Below, piece by piece: positions 54,372 through 64,000 of a stretch of DNA of 64,000 nt; positions within the stretch are counted from its first letter, which is position 1; each line of letters starts with the position of its first letter. The translations under genes and the position numbers were made by a program. Below the pieces are notes generated by a model. The model did no database searches. It saw only the letters and a program-made list of their open reading frames with translations, and was not told where the DNA came from. The DNA comes from Eubacteriales bacterium (GTDB lineage Bacteria; Bacillota; Clostridia; Oscillospirales; CAG-272), in contig JAZPXL010000007.1 in NCBI GenBank assembly GCA_045543615.1, positions 56,465-120,464 on the forward strand, written 5' to 3'.

Positions 54372-56153
54372 TTATGCTCTGAGTCTTGCTTCAAGGGCAG
54401 CGAGCTCTTCCTTAAGCTCGGCTGGAACTCTTTCGCCAACAAATGCATAGAACTCTTTGATATTTTCAACGTCTTCAAGCCAGGATGCTGTGTCAACTGT
54501 GAGCAGCTCACGGATTGTGTCGATAGTAACATCGGAGAGTCCTTCGATGTTGATGTCCTCAGCCTTAGGAACAAAGCCAATGGGAGTTTCAACTGCATCA
54601 ACCTTGTCCTCGCAGCGAGCGAGAATCCAGTCAAGAACACGGAGGTTGTCGCCGAATCCGGGCCAAATGAAGTGGCCTTCGTCATCGGTACGGAACCAGT
54701 TAACGTGGAAGATCTTGGGAGCGTTGGGAATTACCTTGCCCATATTGAGCCAGTGTGCCCAATAGTCACCCATATCGTATCCAACGAAGGGACGCATAGC
54801 CATAGGATCGCGACGAACTACGCCGACAGCACCTGAAGCGGCTGCCGTTGTCTCGGAAGCCATAATAGAGCCAACGAAAGTACCATTCTGCCAGCTTGTG
54901 GACTGGTAAACCAGGGGAGCGGTCTTTGCACGTCTGCCACCGAATACGATTGCACTTACAGGAACGCCCGCGGGATTGTTGAACTCAGAAGAGAGGCAGG
55001 GGCAGTTCTTTGCAAGAGCTGTGAAACGGCTGTTGGGATGCGCACCACAGGTTGACTTGTCCTTCTTGTCATAGAGTCTGTAATCCCACTTGTTACCCTT
55101 CCAGTCAATAGCATCAGCAGGGGGATTGTTGTCAAGGCCTTCCCACCAAACTGTATTGTTCTCGAGATTGTGAACAACATTTGTGAAGATGGTGTCTCTC
55201 ATAGTTGTATGGAGAGCGTTGGGGTTGGACTTCTCGTTAGTGCCGGGAGCAACGCCGAAGAAGCCGTTCTCAGGGTTCATAGCCCAAAGTCTGCCGTCAG
55301 AACCAACACGCAGCCAAGAAATATCGTCACCTACGCACCAAACCTTGTAGCCCTTCTTTGCATAAATCTCAGGCGGAATAAGCATTGCGAGGTTTGTCTT
55401 ACCACAAGCAGAGGGGAATGCAGCGCAGATATATTTTGTTTCTCCGTTAGGATACTCAACGCCGAGGATGAGCATGTGCTCAGCCATCCAACCTTCCTTA
55501 CGACCGAGGTAGGATGCAATACGGAGAGCGAAGCACTTCTTACCAAGGAGAACGTTTCCACCGTAACCGGAGTTGACAGACCAAATGGTGTTGTCCTCAG
55601 GGAAGTGGCAGATATAACGGTTTTCCTCGTCGATGTCAGCTCTTGCGTGAAGTCCCTTGATAAAATCAGCACTATCACCAATAGCCTCAAGAACGTCAAC
55701 GCCTACACGGGTCATAATAAGCATATTAAGTACAACATAGATGGAGTCTGTAAGCTCAATGCCGTACTTTGCAAAGTCAGAACCAACGATACCCATAGAG
55801 TAGGGAATTACATACATAGTTCTGCCCTTCATAGAGCCTGTGTAAAGCTTGGACAGCTTTGCGTAGCAGTCAGCAGGTGCCATCCAGTTGTTGATATTAC
55901 CTGCATCTTCCTTGTTGGTGGTGCAGATAAATGTGCGCCCCTCAACACGAGCTACGTCATTGATAGCTGTGCGATGGAGGTAGCAGTTGGGGAGAAGCTC
56001 CTCGTTGAGCTTGTACATTTCGCCTGTTGAGCAAGCTTCTGCACGGAGCTGTTCTGCCTGAGCTTCAGTACCGTCGATCCAGACAATTCTGTCAGGCTTG
56101 GTCATAGCGGCCATTTCGTCGATCCAATTAAGGATGTACTTGTTTTTGGTCAT
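54372..56153 (-). CDS. pck: Phosphoenolpyruvate carboxykinase (GTP)
   Basis: Kinase-1a P-loop FPSACGKTN and GTP-PEPCK length (593 aa). Start at the Met 9 nt after AAGGAG. Confidence 0.92.
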   Translation of the reverse strand: MTKNKYILNWIDEMAAMTKPDRIVWIDGTEAQAEQLRAEACSTGEMYKLNEELLPNCYLHRTAINDVARVEGRTFICTTNKEDAGNINNWMAPADCYAKLSKLYTGSMKGRTMYVIPYSMGIVGSDFAKYGIELTDSIYVVLNMLIMTRVGVDVLEAIGDSADFIKGLHARADIDEENRYICHFPEDNTIWSVNSGYGGNVLLGKKCFALRIASYLGRKEGWMAEHMLILGVEYPNGETKYICAAFPSACGKTNLAMLIPPEIYAKKGYKVWCVGDDISWLRVGSDGRLWAMNPENGFFGVAPGTNEKSNPNALHTTMRDTIFTNVVHNLENNTVWWEGLDNNPPADAIDWKGNKWDYRLYDKKDKSTCGAHPNSRFTALAKNCPCLSSEFNNPAGVPVSAIVFGGRRAKTAPLVYQSTSWQNGTFVGSIMASETTAAASGAVGVVRRDPMAMRPFVGYDMGDYWAHWLNMGKVIPNAPKIFHVNWFRTDDEGHFIWPGFGDNLRVLDWILARCEDKVDAVETPIGFVPKAEDINIEGLSDVTIDTIRELLTVDTASWLEDVENIKEFYAFVGERVPAELKEELAALEARLRA

Positions 56154-56338
56154 TCTTTTGTTCTCCTTGATATATTTCAATATAAGTTTTTAAAGCCGAT
56201 TGCAGATTTATTCTGCAATTATATATTTTACTATATATTTTTCTTACTTTCAATAGGAGCTTGTAAAAGTTACATTTTCTTAACAAGTTGACTAATTATT
56301 GAGCAAAAAAATTATGAACAATGCACATAGAAAAAATA

Positions 56339-56352
56339 CGAACAAATGTTTG
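56339..56352. promoter_or_regulatory. LexA (Cheo/SOS) box CGAACAAATGTTTG
   Basis: Matches the Gram-positive consensus CGAAC-N4-GTTYG and overlaps the -35 of the lexA promoter. Confidence 0.7.
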
Positions 56353-56378
56353 ATTTTGGGCTATAAATATGTTATAAT
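56350..56378 (+). promoter_or_regulatory. lexA promoter TTGATT-17-TATAAT
   Basis: Hexamers at 56350-56355 and 56373-56378. Confidence 0.65.
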
Positions 56379-56404
56379 TATATTATTATGACGGAGGTGT
56401 CATT

Positions 56405-57001
56405 ATGAAGGAATTAACTTTGAGAGAAAAACAAGTATATGATTATATTAGTGAGACATTAAAGCAGAAGGGATATGCTCCAAGTGTCAGGGATGTGCGT
56501 GATGCGCTTGGCTTCAAGAGCACATCAACTGTACATATGTATATTCAGAGACTTGCTGATATGGGGCTTATAGTAAAGGATGGGGGCAAGAGCCGCGCGC
56601 TCTTTGTAGACGGAGCTACGGGCAATGATAGCGTGCCTCTGATAGGAAGAGTTACTGCAGGTAAGCCCATACTTGCAGAGCAGGATTTTGAGGGTTACAT
56701 ATCATTTTCTGCCTCAAGCGTTGGATGTAGAAGAGAAAATCTATATGCTTTGCGCGTTAAAGGTGAGAGTATGAAGAACGCAGGCATACTTGACGGAGAT
56801 ATTGTTATTGTCGACCGTAGAAGCTATGCGGAAAATGGCGAGATTGTCGTGGCATTACTTGAAGATGAGGCAACTGTAAAGACCTTTTATAAAGAGGATG
56901 GGCATTTCCGTCTTCAGCCACAAAACCCTGATTTTGCGCCCATCGTTGTAGAAAACGTTGAGATACTTGGCAAGGTTGTTGCTGCACTTAGACTTTATTA
57001 A
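56405..57001 (+). CDS. lexA: LexA repressor
   Basis: wHTH N-terminus (LTLREKQVYDYI...), S24 peptidase domain with VKGESM Ser and a downstream Lys, 198 aa. Confidence 0.92.
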   Translation: MKELTLREKQVYDYISETLKQKGYAPSVRDVRDALGFKSTSTVHMYIQRLADMGLIVKDGGKSRALFVDGATGNDSVPLIGRVTAGKPILAEQDFEGYISFSASSVGCRRENLYALRVKGESMKNAGILDGDIVIVDRRSYAENGEIVVALLEDEATVKTFYKEDGHFRLQPQNPDFAPIVVENVEILGKVVAALRLY

Positions 57002-57016
57002 AATTGGTGGTCTTGA

Positions 57017-59371
57017 ATGTCAAGAAAAAGAAAGGTTGAATATATAGATCACGTCAGGGTTCGCAGAAATCCCGTCGAGATGCTCATAGAGGCCATAAAA
57101 TCTGTTTTTGGTTGGCTTTGCAGGTTCTTTGCCCCTGCTAACATTAAACACGGAATGCGTTCTGTTACATCATCGTTTCGTGAGTTTGCCGTTTTCTTTG
57201 TTGCGCTGTTTCTTGTTCAGATTGTTTTCTGGTCTTTGTTCCTTGCAACAGATTTCAGAATGCAGGCAATAAAAGATGAGGCATATAAATCTTCAGATTA
57301 TCATTTGCGCATTAATGGATTTACCAGAGATGAGTGGGCAAGTGTTGAGAGCTCAAACTTCTACGTTGCAGGCTATATGGATCCTGAGGACAGACATTAT
57401 ATTTCTTATAAATCAAAAGAATATGTTAACTTTGCCTCAGATACTCTCGTTTCGGTAGAGTTCTTGTTGTGTGATGATACCCCTGAGTCGCAAAGTAAGT
57501 TTTTGCAAACATATAACCTTAGTGGCTCTAATATTTCATTTGAATACAGCAGACGCGCAACTTACCTTGATGAAATAAACGCTATGCAAACGGTAAGGGT
57601 GGTTCTTATTGTTATTTCCGGGCTGTTGTCAGCTCTTGTTCTGGTCGTACTGTACAATATAAGGATCAATCACTTTAAGTTCAAATATGGCATATATATG
57701 TCTTTTGGCGCAGATTATGAAAAGCTGTTGCACACATCGGCGTGGGAGCTGATATCAATTTCCTTGCTGACGGGAATTCCTGCAACTTTGATTGGCTGTC
57801 TTATTGAATTTTTGGTTGTCACAAATATAGGTTCTCAATTTGCGTTTAACCCAATAGGTCTTCTTTACTTTTTTATTTGGAATGTTTGTGTGGTACTGCT
57901 TTCTGTTTTTCCATCACTCAGAATACTTGCAGATCGCACTCCTGTATCACTTATAGTTGCAGGTGATAACTCAAACTATGTTTCATCTCCAAAGGTTTCG
58001 TTCAGGATTTTCAGAAAGAATTATCCGGTTCATTATGAGCTTTTCGGTTTTTGGAGATTTAGGCGATACTATGTTACCTTGCTTTTGTCATCTATCTTGT
58101 TTACTTCGCTTTTTCTGTGTGGCTCGTTTGCCATTGATATGGTAAAGGAAGAAGAGAGGATGCACAGACCACAGTATTCACTCACTGCAAAGACGGGGGA
58201 GGAGATAGAAGACTACGTTCTGCTTTCAGTTATTGAGAGTGATGGTGTTCATCACGTTCTTTGGGAGAATTCAGTCTCGGCGTCATCAGTAAGCTCATAT
58301 TGCGTTCTTGATGCAAAACAACGCTCGGGAATATCTTCAAAGACTGTTAAAGCCAAACAAGACGGTAAGTACGCAGACAACAACTTTAAATATATGCTCC
58401 TTGATGACTTGTTGTGCGCTCAAGCGCAAAAGGAGGGTGCTTGGGAAATTGAGGGAGACTTAGGTAGAGTTTTGACGGAACAAAACTGTGTTGCTGTCAC
58501 AAAGTATATAAACAACAAGGAATCTCTTGGTTTTGAAGTCGGGGATGAAATCATCCTTGCTAAATTTAAAGAGTCGCTTGTGCCAATATCATTTGATAAG
58601 CTTGACAAAAAGTATATTCTGAGTCAGCTTGTCAAAGAGGGAATTTACGATTTCTATACAGTAGAGATAGCTGCTGTTGTTGACACTTTTGATAATGATG
58701 ACGAATATTCCATAATACTTGGAGAAGAGCTGTTTAGTGAAATTGTCGGCAAACAATTAAAAACTACGATAGCTGATATATACACTGCAAGAAAACTGTC
58801 GTATGAAGAAACAGACAGGATCTTTGAGGCTATCAGAGCAAAGCTTTCAGTCTTTGACAGGGTGTCGCTAGTGGATTTAGGTGCTAATGCAGACGAAAAT
58901 ATTAACGCTAAGTCAAGCTTTATTGCACCTGTTTTAACCGTTTCGGTTATTTTGCTTTTGATTTCGCCTCTTGTTTGGTTTTTCTCTCAATCTATGTTTT
59001 CGTCAAAACGCAGTGGGGAAAACGCAATATTGTCGGCGTTTGGCGCAACGGATAAACAAATCGGACAGATGTATCTATTTTCGGGTGGAGCGTTGAGCCT
59101 GCCTGCGTGTGTTGTTACGGTTTTGCTTGGCTTTGGTGTGACAAGCTTTGCTTATTGGTTGATAAATGAATTTCTGACGTCGCTGGGGCTTGGAAGCGAC
59201 GCACGCTTTGTTTATGTTTTTTCAATCACGGGAGTGCTTGTTTGCATAGCTGTCTCTGTCGCAAGCGCAGTTATCTCAACATATCTGCCGTTTGTAAAAT
59301 GGAAACGTGAGCGTGATAGGATAATAAAACGACACAGTGGTGATATAAGTAAGAGAGATGAGGATAAATAG
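57017..59371 (+). CDS. Large FtsX-family ABC transporter permease (two FtsX-type TM bundles with big extracytoplasmic regions)
   Basis: 784 aa with hydrophobic clusters at ~60-90, ~200-310, ~345-370 and the C-terminal ~640-770. Followed by a MacB/LolD-type ATPase gene. Confidence 0.75.
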   Translation: MSRKRKVEYIDHVRVRRNPVEMLIEAIKSVFGWLCRFFAPANIKHGMRSVTSSFREFAVFFVALFLVQIVFWSLFLATDFRMQAIKDEAYKSSDYHLRINGFTRDEWASVESSNFYVAGYMDPEDRHYISYKSKEYVNFASDTLVSVEFLLCDDTPESQSKFLQTYNLSGSNISFEYSRRATYLDEINAMQTVRVVLIVISGLLSALVLVVLYNIRINHFKFKYGIYMSFGADYEKLLHTSAWELISISLLTGIPATLIGCLIEFLVVTNIGSQFAFNPIGLLYFFIWNVCVVLLSVFPSLRILADRTPVSLIVAGDNSNYVSSPKVSFRIFRKNYPVHYELFGFWRFRRYYVTLLLSSILFTSLFLCGSFAIDMVKEEERMHRPQYSLTAKTGEEIEDYVLLSVIESDGVHHVLWENSVSASSVSSYCVLDAKQRSGISSKTVKAKQDGKYADNNFKYMLLDDLLCAQAQKEGAWEIEGDLGRVLTEQNCVAVTKYINNKESLGFEVGDEIILAKFKESLVPISFDKLDKKYILSQLVKEGIYDFYTVEIAAVVDTFDNDDEYSIILGEELFSEIVGKQLKTTIADIYTARKLSYEETDRIFEAIRAKLSVFDRVSLVDLGANADENINAKSSFIAPVLTVSVILLLISPLVWFFSQSMFSSKRSGENAILSAFGATDKQIGQMYLFSGGALSLPACVVTVLLGFGVTSFAYWLINEFLTSLGLGSDARFVYVFSITGVLVCIAVSVASAVISTYLPFVKWKRERDRIIKRHSGDISKRDEDK

Positions 59372-59372
59372 A

Positions 59373-60065
59373 ATGGATGAAAGACGCATTGTCCTTGAAA
59401 CAAGGGATGTTATAAAGCAATACAAGCAATATGATACAGTTGTTACTGCGGTAGATCGTGCAAATATCCAGATTTTTGATGGCGAAATGGTTGCAATCAT
59501 TGGCGCATCGGGTTCAGGCAAGAGTACTTTTTTGCATCTGTGCGCAGGTCTTGACAGACCTAATGCCGGCAAGATAATTATTCGTGGGAATGAGCTTACG
59601 GAGATGACGGCAGATGAGCTTGGAAACTTCAGAGGAAATTTTCTCGGTATGATTTTTCAGAATCATAATCTCATCCCACAGTTCACAGCACTTGAAAATA
59701 TTCTAATTCCTACTCTTATGTGCAACAAGGCTAATCACAGCTACGAGGAGCATTTCAAAAAGCTTGTCTCAACGCTCGGAATTGCGGACAGGCTTCACCA
59801 CCTCCCAAGCGAGCTTTCCGGTGGACAACAACAAAGGGTTGCGATTGCACGCGCTCTAATCAACAGACCTCAGGTTGTTTTTGCAGATGAGCCGACGGGC
59901 AACCTCGACAGAAAAAATGCTGATGAGGTACTTGATCTTTTGATTGCAACCAAAAATGAGTTTAATCAAACTCTTCTTATTGTTACTCACGATATGTCGA
60001 TTGCACAGAAGGCGGACAGAATTTTCGTTATGGACAACGGTGTTTTGTCACCTTACAGAAAATGA
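59373..60065 (+). CDS. ABC transporter ATP-binding protein (MacB/LolD-type)
   Basis: Walker A GASGSGKST, signature LSGGQQQRV, Walker B VVFADEPT. Start at the Met 9 nt after GAGGA. Confidence 0.9.
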   Translation: MDERRIVLETRDVIKQYKQYDTVVTAVDRANIQIFDGEMVAIIGASGSGKSTFLHLCAGLDRPNAGKIIIRGNELTEMTADELGNFRGNFLGMIFQNHNLIPQFTALENILIPTLMCNKANHSYEEHFKKLVSTLGIADRLHHLPSELSGGQQQRVAIARALINRPQVVFADEPTGNLDRKNADEVLDLLIATKNEFNQTLLIVTHDMSIAQKADRIFVMDNGVLSPYRK

Positions 60066-60072
60066 ACTAAAT

Positions 60073-60107
60073 GAGCCGACGAATTACATTCGTCGGCTCT
60101 GTTTTTT
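60073..60107. terminator. Bidirectional rho-independent terminator
   Basis: gagccgacgaat-tac-attcgtcggctc is a perfect 12-bp stem followed by tgtttttt. Confidence 0.85.
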
Positions 60108-61662
60108 ATCTCTGTGGAAGAAGAGTTGAGAGTATCCAATTCCGCATTTCTTTATCAATAACTCCGAAAATATTTAAAAGCAGTATGTATAACAGTATTG
60201 AAATCAAGCTTTTTATTAATAGTGACGCAGTAATTGATAGTGCATTCGTTTGAATAATAGCAAACAGGGAAGAGACTAATAAAGATGAAAGTATTACAAG
60301 AGCGATAGGAAGCACGAGCCAACGAAAGATTTTGAATTTAAGTGGGCATTTGCTTAATAACTTTGCTGCTGAAAAAGCGAAGTTGATAAGCTCACTGATA
60401 TACATTACTGCTATATAGCCATATATGCCGTACCTAGGCACAAGAAGGGTAACAAGTATTACTGATATCGCTGCATCTGCGATATTGACGTTCATTGTAT
60501 AAACCTGTTCACCCATACCCTTAAGAATTGAATCTGTTACGGTATCTATATACATAAGAGGCATAAGTGGAGCTAATGCATAAATGTACCTTCCTGCCAT
60601 ATTGTTTGAGTACAGGCACTCTCCAAATGCAGAAGCGCAAACGGACAGCACGCCCGTTGCACAAAAACCAAAAATAAGCGTTAGTCTCCATACTCGCTTT
60701 GTTATGTATTCTATATGCTTTTTCTCACCACTTGCTATTGCTGATGAAATTTCGGGAACAAGCTGAGAGGTAAACGAGTGGATAAGTGCGTAGGGAAAAA
60801 GGACTACTGGCAGTGCCATCCCTGATAGAGCACCATATTCACTCAGAGCCTCTGCGTTTGTTGCACCAAAGCTCTCAAGTCCTATTGGAATGAGGATGTG
60901 TTCAATGGCTGTAAGTCCTGAACGAACATAGGTGCTCAGAGCTATCGGCATAGCAATAGAGAATATCTTCTTTGTATAGTTTTGACTCGGGTTGTGTCTT
61001 GTTATAGAGATAAGCTTTTTCTTTTTTTCATAAAGGTAAAAAATGAAAGCTATCATCGCAGATAATAATTCGGATATTGTTGTTCCGAGCACTAAAGCTA
61101 CACAAGAGTATTCGATGCCAAGAGGCATCAGAGGAGTCAATAGCATAGCTGTGCTAAAGATTTTCACCGCTTGAGACAGAATTTGATTTAATGCGCTTTT
61201 CCAGACACGTCGAACTGCAGAAAAATATCCTGAGAGAGCTGAAGAAATTGCGATTGCCGGCAAAGGTAACCCCATCAGCGCAAGCGGCAATGCAGCTCTT
61301 GTGTCTCTTAACCAGTGAAGTGAAATCGTATTTGCAAGAGAGATAAGCAAAAGCATTGCAAGAGAACCGAAGGTTGTTGCATATATCAGGCTTTTTTTCA
61401 TTATTGCTCGTATTTCTGTTGCGCTATTCAAAGCCTCTGCAACGGTACGGGTAACGGCAAGATTGATTCCGGAGGTAGCAAGTGTAAGAGCAAATCCCCA
61501 AACGTTGCAGATGAGGGAATACAAGCCCATAGCCTCAGCACCAACTCGATTTGATATATAAACATTGAAAGCTACACTTACAGTTCTGATAAGGATAGCT
61601 GAAAGTGTTAGCAACAAGGAGTTATACACAAATGTTCTTGCTATATTATTTGTCTTTGTCAT
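60106..61662 (-). CDS. spoVB: MOP-superfamily flippase, SpoVB-like (stage V sporulation protein B / polysaccharide biosynthesis protein)
   Basis: 518 aa, about 14 TM. N-terminal pattern ...LLLTLSAILIRTVSVAFNVYISNRVGAEAMGLY typical of SpoVB/MurJ-like proteins. Confidence 0.6.
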   Translation of the reverse strand: MTKTNNIARTFVYNSLLLTLSAILIRTVSVAFNVYISNRVGAEAMGLYSLICNVWGFALTLATSGINLAVTRTVAEALNSATEIRAIMKKSLIYATTFGSLAMLLLISLANTISLHWLRDTRAALPLALMGLPLPAIAISSALSGYFSAVRRVWKSALNQILSQAVKIFSTAMLLTPLMPLGIEYSCVALVLGTTISELLSAMIAFIFYLYEKKKKLISITRHNPSQNYTKKIFSIAMPIALSTYVRSGLTAIEHILIPIGLESFGATNAEALSEYGALSGMALPVVLFPYALIHSFTSQLVPEISSAIASGEKKHIEYITKRVWRLTLIFGFCATGVLSVCASAFGECLYSNNMAGRYIYALAPLMPLMYIDTVTDSILKGMGEQVYTMNVNIADAAISVILVTLLVPRYGIYGYIAVMYISELINFAFSAAKLLSKCPLKFKIFRWLVLPIALVILSSLLVSSLFAIIQTNALSITASLLIKSLISILLYILLLNIFGVIDKEMRNWILSTLLPQR

Positions 61663-61791
61663 TTTCTTACCTCCGTTATTAGAGAATATTCACCTATTTA
61701 ATATAGAATGCACAAAGAAATTTTTTTAGACTACTTTACAAATCAAAGATAATTTGATATAATAATCAAAAACTTGGGAGGTGTACGACTT

Positions 61792-62424
61792 ATGAGCAAT
61801 ACTGATACATTCGTTGTAACTGTGGCAAGACAATATGGAAGTGGTGGCAGAGAAATTGGTCTACGTCTTGGAGAGCTCCTTGGATTTAAAGCTTATGATA
61901 AAGAGCTTATTACAATGGCTGCGCAAAAGTCAGGTATGTCAAGTGAGGTACTGGGGCAGGTAGACGAGCACGCAACAAGCAGTCTTTTGTATACACTTGC
62001 TATGGGTTCTTCATATTTCAATGCTCCTGTACACAGCATAAGTATGCCGCTTAATGATAGGCTCTTTGTTACTCAGTCTCAGATAATCCGTGAACTTAGC
62101 AATAAAGAATCCTGCGTTATTGTTGGCAGATGTGCAGATTATGTACTAAAGGAGTCACCTAAGAGAATAAGTATTTTTGTTTATGCGCCTCTTGATTTTA
62201 AGATCGCAAGAATAATGGAACGTCACCCCGGCATTGACGAAAAGAACGCCCGTGAGATCTCGCAGAGAACTGACAAGCGCAGAATTAATTATTATAATTA
62301 CTATACAGGAAAAAAGTGGGGAGCTTTCGAGAATTATAATCTTTTGATTGATAGCTCTTTGCTTGGAATTGAAGGAACAGCAAATATGCTTGCTTCATAT
62401 GTAAGAACAATTATGAATACGTAA
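61792..62424 (+). CDS. Cytidylate kinase-like family protein
   Basis: VVTVARQYGSGGREIG N-terminal motif characteristic of the Cytidylate_kin2 family. Start at the ATG after GGGAGG. Confidence 0.65.
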   Translation: MSNTDTFVVTVARQYGSGGREIGLRLGELLGFKAYDKELITMAAQKSGMSSEVLGQVDEHATSSLLYTLAMGSSYFNAPVHSISMPLNDRLFVTQSQIIRELSNKESCVIVGRCADYVLKESPKRISIFVYAPLDFKIARIMERHPGIDEKNAREISQRTDKRRINYYNYYTGKKWGAFENYNLLIDSSLLGIEGTANMLASYVRTIMNT

Positions 62425-62453
62425 AAACAGACCCGACTGAGTCGGGTCTGTTT
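62425..62453. terminator. Bidirectional rho-independent terminator
   Basis: aaacagacccgac-tga-gtcgggtctgttt is a perfect 13-bp stem. Confidence 0.85.
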
Positions 62454-62462
62454 ATTTGTAAT

Positions 62463-64000
62463 TTATTCACTTCTGAGTGCTTCAACGGGATCTTTCTTTG
62501 CGGCAATCTTTGAGGGAATAAGACCTGCAATAAGTGTCATCAGAATACTGATGCACACAAGAATGATTGCGCCACCAACAGGAAGAGAAGCACCGATATT
62601 TGTTATGCCTGATGCGTGGTGTATAATAATGTTTGTGGGAATGATCAAAAGTATTGTTACACCGATACCAAGCAAGCCTGAAATAAGACCAATGATGAAT
62701 GTCTCTGCGTTAAATACACGGGCAACATCCTTCTTAGATGCACCAATGGCACGGAGAATACCAATCTCCTTAGTGCGCTCAAGTACGGAGATATAAGTGA
62801 TAACTCCTATCATTATAGATGAAACGACAAGCGAAATAGCAACAAAAGCAATAAGAACACCTGAGATAACGTCAATAATGGTTGTAATTGAGGACATAAG
62901 AAGCTTTACATAGTCGGTGTACTTAATAACCTTTTCTTCTTTTCCTTCATCAATCATTCTCTGGTTATAGGCGTCAATGATTGCGGAAATCTGGTCTTTA
63001 TCAGAGAATGTTTTTGCATAAATGCTTATGCTTGCAGGAGTTTCAAGATCAACAGAGCACAGCTTCTTCATATTGCCCTCGTAGGTTGCGTCCGTTGTGG
63101 GCATTTGTGCTTTGAACATCTCAATGATCTGCTCTTCGGTCATCATCTGCATATATGCGTTGATCTGTGCCTGCTGATCTTCAGGAAGTGTTGCGATATA
63201 AGCCTTGATATCCTCAATTGTGATGTCACCATCCCTGAACTCTATGCCGGTAAAAACGTCTACACCGGGGTTATCCTTCTGTTCCTTTACGAGCTTATGA
63301 TCGTTGATGCGATTGATATACTCACGGGTGAGAGCAGAGGTGTAAGCTATAGAGCCTGCGCTGATGGATGTTGAAACAGCGTCCTTGCTGGGACGGATTA
63401 TACCAACTACCTTAAGGTCAATTCCATATTCCTCAAGCTGAGCGGAGAGGAGATTTTCGTGGTTTTTGTTGTCAGAGAAATCAGCAACGCTAACGTATGT
63501 CTTGGTTTCCTCATCATAAACGAATGTGTCGGGAGTGAGGAGAAGGGTGTAGGTCATATTGAGAATATCCTCAATTTTGTACTCCGTGGGAACGATTTCG
63601 TATTCTTCACCCTTGAGAATCTTTTTGAAGTTCTCGAGTGCCTCGTCCTGATCCTTAAGTCCGAGAGTGTAGAGCGAGAGGTCGCTGATTCCGTTGTTTT
63701 CATCAACAACAAGCACAACCTCGTCATAATTGGAGGGCCACTTACCTGCGATACAATCGTACTGGGAGTGAATAAGCTCCTCGTCATCAATCATCTCGGT
63801 AAATGCATTCATACCATACATAGCAGAAGCTGTTGATGTGATACCTGAGGACATCGAACCACCCATAATAGACATCATCTCGTCAATAAGAGGGCTGGGG
63901 TGAACCTGTGTCACACCATTTGTTCTGTCGGAAGAATAAATCTGAAGGTCGAGATTGTATGTGTACGAAATTGCGGAGATATAATCTTTAAGCCCGCTAT
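62463..64000 (-). CDS. MacB-like FtsX-family ABC permease, N-terminus beyond the right window edge
   Basis: C-terminal FtsX domain (LRAIGASKKDVARVFNAETFIIG...). The frame stays open upstream of the GTG at 63914 through position 64000. Confidence 0.8.
   Translation of the reverse strand, partial: SGLKDYISAISYTYNLDLQIYSSDRTNGVTQVHPSPLIDEMMSIMGGSMSSGITSTASAMYGMNAFTEMIDDEELIHSQYDCIAGKWPSNYDEVVLVVDENNGISDLSLYTLGLKDQDEALENFKKILKGEEYEIVPTEYKIEDILNMTYTLLLTPDTFVYDEETKTYVSVADFSDNKNHENLLSAQLEEYGIDLKVVGIIRPSKDAVSTSISAGSIAYTSALTREYINRINDHKLVKEQKDNPGVDVFTGIEFRDGDITIEDIKAYIATLPEDQQAQINAYMQMMTEEQIIEMFKAQMPTTDATYEGNMKKLCSVDLETPASISIYAKTFSDKDQISAIIDAYNQRMIDEGKEEKVIKYTDYVKLLMSSITTIIDVISGVLIAFVAISLVVSSIMIGVITYISVLERTKEIGILRAIGASKKDVARVFNAETFIIGLISGLLGIGVTILLIIPTNIIIHHASGITNIGASLPVGGAIILVCISILMTLIAGLIPSKIAAKKDPVEALRSE

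Noticed and set aside
57017-60065. FtsX permease plus ATPase as a BceAB-type antimicrobial-peptide resistance module.
   Set aside because: No BceRS-like two-component genes are adjacent (lexA is the upstream gene), and the permease architecture is larger than typical BceB. Left as a generic FtsX/MacB-type exporter.

Overview
This 64-kb chromosomal window comes from a spore-forming Firmicute. Gene content suggests a Clostridia, Oscillospiraceae/Ruminococcaceae-like anaerobe, but the taxon is inference only. I support about 60 protein genes and one tRNA-Leu(CAA). I see no rRNA, CRISPR array or transposase. Most of the window is core metabolism and information processing: ychF, pheST, gdhA, clpC, rplS, pgi, guaB, radA, ribF, nrdR, pyk, GTP-PEPCK and lexA with its SOS box. 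There are also two OmpR/histidine-kinase pairs, three ABC systems, and a sporulation/germination set (sigG, spoVB-like, cwlD-like, a split SleC-like cortex-lytic cluster and two PBP5 paralogs). Many intergenic regions carry near-consensus sigma-A promoters and perfect bidirectional terminators. The main accessory signal is a self-contained three-gene operon at 45.8-51.1 kb. It encodes a TerB-N/TerB-C protein, a DUF2791/BrxD-like P-loop ATPase and an Lhr/BrxHI-like SF2 helicase. This matches the composition of Shango-type anti-phage systems, whose mechanism is unknown, and it sits between ireB-ribF and nrdR with small orphan ORFs on its right flank. Other notable findings: (1) a 0.76-kb AT-rich cassette with a small membrane ORF and GC-rich GTAGGG...CCCTAC palindromes, bracketed by about 40-nt inverted repeats next to the stop codons of two convergent genes (38.39-39.15 kb); (2) a PBP5 paralog in which all three catalytic motifs are degenerate; (3) a NahK-like kinase / nucleotidyltransferase / galE / galM operon with no galK or galT; (4) a SleC-like enzyme whose pro-domain is a separate overlapping ORF. 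All family assignments come from motif recognition by eye and need HMM/BLAST confirmation.
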